Positions 17,651 through 20,000 of a DNA stretch of 20,000 bases are shown here, piece after piece. The notes below the pieces were generated by a model. That model saw only the letters and a list, made by a program, of their open reading frames with translations. It searched no databases and was not told where the DNA came from. The translations under genes were made by a program, and so were the position numbers. Position 1 is the stretch's first letter. The number at the start of each line of letters is the position of its first letter. The DNA is from an uncultured virus (IMG/VR IMGVR_UViG_3300020294_000004) (lineage: Duplodnaviria; Heunggongvirae; Uroviricota; Caudoviricetes; Crassvirales). The stretch lies in IMG/VR virus record IMGVR_UViG_3300020294_000004. One strand, 5' to 3'.

Positions 17651-17922
17651 TATCTAGATCTTCCTTCAGCAAAACCTCCAAAATTAGAAGCTTTAGTATT
17701 TTTATTAATAGAATTAATTATATTTTCTTCTTCTTCAATTCTTGATAGTATTTCAAAAGCATCAAATATAGCTAATTTTTTTGTAGCAGCAGCGTTTTTT
17801 AATCTGTCAGCTGATACATCATCTTCTGAATCTACAATTTTTTCTTTAGCTACTTTTATTAATTCTTCAACTGCTTTTTGCCCAGCTTGGATTATACGTT
17901 TTTTGGTTTTGTTTATTTCCAT
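17650..17922 (-). CDS. Probable terminase small subunit (90 aa)
   Basis: Small helical protein coupled to terL by TAATG at 17650. The start is revised from the ORF-track 18009 to ATG 17922 (MEINKTKKRIIQAG). Function is assigned by position and size only. Confidence 0.5.
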   Translation of the reverse strand: MEINKTKKRIIQAGQKAVEELIKVAKEKIVDSEDDVSADRLKNAAATKKLAIFDAFEILSRIEEEENIINSINKNTKASNFGGFAEGRSR

Positions 17923-18469
17923 ATTTAAATAAAATATCATTTGATTCCATACAGTATAAAAGTTCATTATCAATAACAAACTCAAATTCTCTATTACTTT
18001 TAAACCCAACTAGATCTCCTGTGTTAATTTTAAGGGCTTCTAACGTGCTGTTTGTATATTTTAATACTCCAGTATTTTTTATTAATTTGGTATCTTTATA
18101 TACATCTTTTTCTAATACTGGTTTTACAAAACAATAATCTGCGTTTGTTTTCCACCCTTTTTTATAATACATATAAATTTGAGATGGATGTGCAAAATAT
18201 AAATTGTCTTTAAAAAACTTAGTACTATTTACTGATTTGCCTTTTAAATTATAATACCTTCTAAATAAATTATGATGTACTATAACTTTGTCACCTTTTT
18301 TTATATTTGTTTTATAAGCAAGAGGTGCAGCAACTATTTCAGCATGTCTATTTATAAATTTATGATTTGATATACTTGAGTTAAGTATAAGTTCTGTGTT
18401 GTTGATTTTTAATTTATTATTATATCTTTCACCTATAGGTTTTATAATAAATTGATATATACTATTCAT
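17867..18469 (-). CDS. GroES/Cpn10-like co-chaperonin with two tandem domains
   Basis: 200 aa with two GroES-like units: FIIKP...AEIVAAP...IKKGDKVIV and YCFVKP...TGVLKY...INTGDLVGF..EFEFVIDNELLYCMESNDIL. Compare GroES vkvGDkVlf..gtevkidgeeylilresDIL. Confidence 0.65.
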   Translation of the reverse strand: MNSIYQFIIKPIGERYNNKLKINNTELILNSSISNHKFINRHAEIVAAPLAYKTNIKKGDKVIVHHNLFRRYYNLKGKSVNSTKFFKDNLYFAHPSQIYMYYKKGWKTNADYCFVKPVLEKDVYKDTKLIKNTGVLKYTNSTLEALKINTGDLVGFKSNREFEFVIDNELLYCMESNDILFKYGNKQNQKTYNPSWAKSS

Positions 18470-18696
18470 TAATATTCTAAATCATATTCAACCGATACTG
18501 CCATTTGAGAATTAAATTTTTTCCAAGGCAATACTTCATCATCTTTTTTTATAAAAATATTATACGATTGACTTTCTTCATCGCATAATATATGTGAAAT
18601 AGTATGACCGCCATACACTTGTTGACCTACAGCATAGTGCATAGCATCATTTTTATAATCAGATCCAATACTGATTTTTCTTATAACGTTACTCAC
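18469..18696 (-). CDS. Small hypothetical protein (75 aa, beta-rich, GTG start)
   Basis: The GTG overlaps the end of the upstream gene, and its stop is coupled to the GroES-like gene by TAATG. Confidence 0.6.
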   Translation of the reverse strand: MSNVIRKISIGSDYKNDAMHYAVGQQVYGGHTISHILCDEESQSYNIFIKKDDEVLPWKKFNSQMAVSVEYDLEY

Positions 18697-18955
18697 TTTT
18701 TTCTGTTTTTTCTTCTATAGGTGTGCATGTACCATCTTCTAAACTAATATTTACAGCACCATATTCTTTTTCTAATTCTACTTTAAACTCTTCTACTTTT
18801 TCCACAATACCGGCATACTTGTGAAGTAAACCATGTTTTTGTGTTTCTAAAAAACCCACATCTTTTAATATTTGAGCTATTTCTTCTTGTTGTTTTCTAA
18901 TAGTAGCTAGCTGGTCATCTGTAAGCTTATTAGCTTCTTTTATTTTTTTTGTCAT
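18689..18955 (-). CDS. Small coiled-coil hypothetical protein (88 aa)
   Basis: Heptad-like helix (LATIRKQQEEIAQILKDVGFLETQKHGLL...VEEFKVELEKEYG) followed by a short beta-hairpin-like VNISLEDGT. AT-rich leader. Confidence 0.6.
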   Translation of the reverse strand: MTKKIKEANKLTDDQLATIRKQQEEIAQILKDVGFLETQKHGLLHKYAGIVEKVEEFKVELEKEYGAVNISLEDGTCTPIEEKTEKSE

Positions 18956-18982
18956 TTGATTAAATTTAAATTAATAATTATT

Positions 18983-19594
18983 TTATAACAGCGCTATAAT
19001 TTCTGTTGCTGTTGTTTCTGTATCGCTTGTTAAGTTATATACCCTTGATACAGCAAAAGGTAAAATTGTACTTGCTGCTATACTTTTTACTACTATAGGT
19101 TGTGAGTCAGATGCTAACGTTAGTTTTATATCACCTGTACCACCTACATATAAAGCAGGTTTTTTCTCATTAAATATACCGCTTGGTCTATCTAAATCAC
19201 CACCAGCAATAGTAGCTGTAAGTGCTCCTGTTATTCCTGTTGAACCAAAAGCTAAATTTAATGAAGCTAAACTAAATTCTATTGTTTGTGCAGCAACACC
19301 AACATTTGGTCCTTGATTTACAACAGTAACACTAGTTACTGCTCCTGCTCCATCCGTGGTAACTAAAAAAGTAGCACCTAAAGTAACACCTCTTGGAGTA
19401 GTTACTGTTTCAATACTAGCAGCCCCAGGATATGTACCTCCAGTAGCATATACAATAGCAGTACTACTTGCTGGTAAACCAGCTATAGTGTTAGTAGATA
19501 AATTACTTAATATAGCTGCTTTGAGTGTTTTAGATTCTTGCAACTCTATTCCACCGGTTGCGAAATCACTTAAATTATTTTGATAATATCCCAT
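18983..19594 (-). CDS. Head-spike base-like protein (RcGTA Rcc01079-like) with an inserted Thr/Gly/Ala-rich domain
   Basis: The C-terminal ALYVGGTGDIKLTL...ILPFAVSRV...TTATEIIAL matches, from recall, the LYVGxxGxxxV...LPxxVxRVxxTGTTAxxIVAL pattern of that family. Confidence 0.6.
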   Translation of the reverse strand: MGYYQNNLSDFATGGIELQESKTLKAAILSNLSTNTIAGLPASSTAIVYATGGTYPGAASIETVTTPRGVTLGATFLVTTDGAGAVTSVTVVNQGPNVGVAAQTIEFSLASLNLAFGSTGITGALTATIAGGDLDRPSGIFNEKKPALYVGGTGDIKLTLASDSQPIVVKSIAASTILPFAVSRVYNLTSDTETTATEIIALL

Positions 19595-19596
19595 TT

Positions 19597-19977
19597 TTAT
19601 TTTACTTTGTCTTTTATTTTTTCATAAGTTCTAAGTCCACCTAATCCTAACATACCTAATAGTACAGTCATTAAATGTTCCATTTGTAGTGGTGGTGGTA
19701 CGTCTGTTGATTTTGTAATCCATATAAATAAATCACGAATAACAAAATTATATGCTAAAGCAAAACCACATATCCAACCTACAAAAGGTCGCCACCCTGC
19801 AACAAATAAAGTTCTATGCGAGGCTTCAACCATATTAATTTTTGTTTGTAATTCTATTAGTTTTTCTGGATCAAGCTCTTTACCTTTAATGGCTTCTCTT
19901 ATTTCCCAAGCTAAACCTCCAGCGACAGATTTTCTACCATCACCTCCTTTAAGAAGACCTAGTAGTAATTTCCACAT
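19597..19977 (-). CDS. Holin, 3-TM GTA-type family (GTA_holin_3TM-like)
   Basis: Signature INMVEASHRTLFVAGWRPFVGWICG and C-terminal LLGMLGLGGLRTYEK, with hydrophobic segments. Confidence 0.8.
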   Translation of the reverse strand: MWKLLLGLLKGGDGRKSVAGGLAWEIREAIKGKELDPEKLIELQTKINMVEASHRTLFVAGWRPFVGWICGFALAYNFVIRDLFIWITKSTDVPPPLQMEHLMTVLLGMLGLGGLRTYEKIKDKVK

Positions 19978-20000
19978 ATTTATTTTTTATAACCCATTTT

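Noticed and set aside
17923..18009. N-terminal 29 codons of the ORF-track 119-aa protein
   Set aside because: They lie deep inside the GroES-like domain. ATG 17922 gives a more plausible protein.
1606..19583. Other short plus-strand ORFs (1606-1827, 3115-3297, 13016-13228, 13259-13462, 14299-14484, 19356-19583)
   Set aside because: All are antisense to long, well-supported genes, with no recognisable motifs or compositional signal.
1..20000. Stop-codon reassignment, as seen in some crAss-like phages
   Set aside because: Genes are full-length under the standard code, and TAA, TAG (portal) and TGA (GroES-like) all appear to serve as stops.
1..20000. CRISPR arrays, tRNAs, DGR-type repeats, integrase or IS elements
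   Set aside because: None seen by eye. Intergenic gaps are short (about 70 nt or less) and I noticed no long repeats. No computational scan was run.

Overview
AT-rich tailed-phage DNA, densely coding on the minus strand. It is the virion morphogenesis module of a crAss-like podovirus, probably infecting Bacteroidota (Flavobacteriia); this is inferred from gene order and motifs, not from a database search. In transcription order (right to left) the genes are: 3-TM holin, head-spike base-like protein, two small proteins, tandem GroES-like protein, probable small terminase, large terminase, portal, scaffold-like protein, major capsid protein, a conserved structural protein, two ring/adaptor proteins, a tail stabilisation/muzzle-like protein that appears split into two genes, and a GNAT-like gene running off the left edge. 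The most unusual signal is a hidden layer of same-strand, +1-frame ORFs inside essential genes, each coinciding with a local GC rise. Inside terL there is a 214-aa lipoprotein-like ORF over the ATPase core and a weaker 71-aa ORF. Inside the scaffold gene there are two ~40-aa basic microproteins that the ORF track does not list: MPFQSEKQRRWMWANKPEIA... and an ArfA-reminiscent ...HRNKKKYHRKLKHK peptide.
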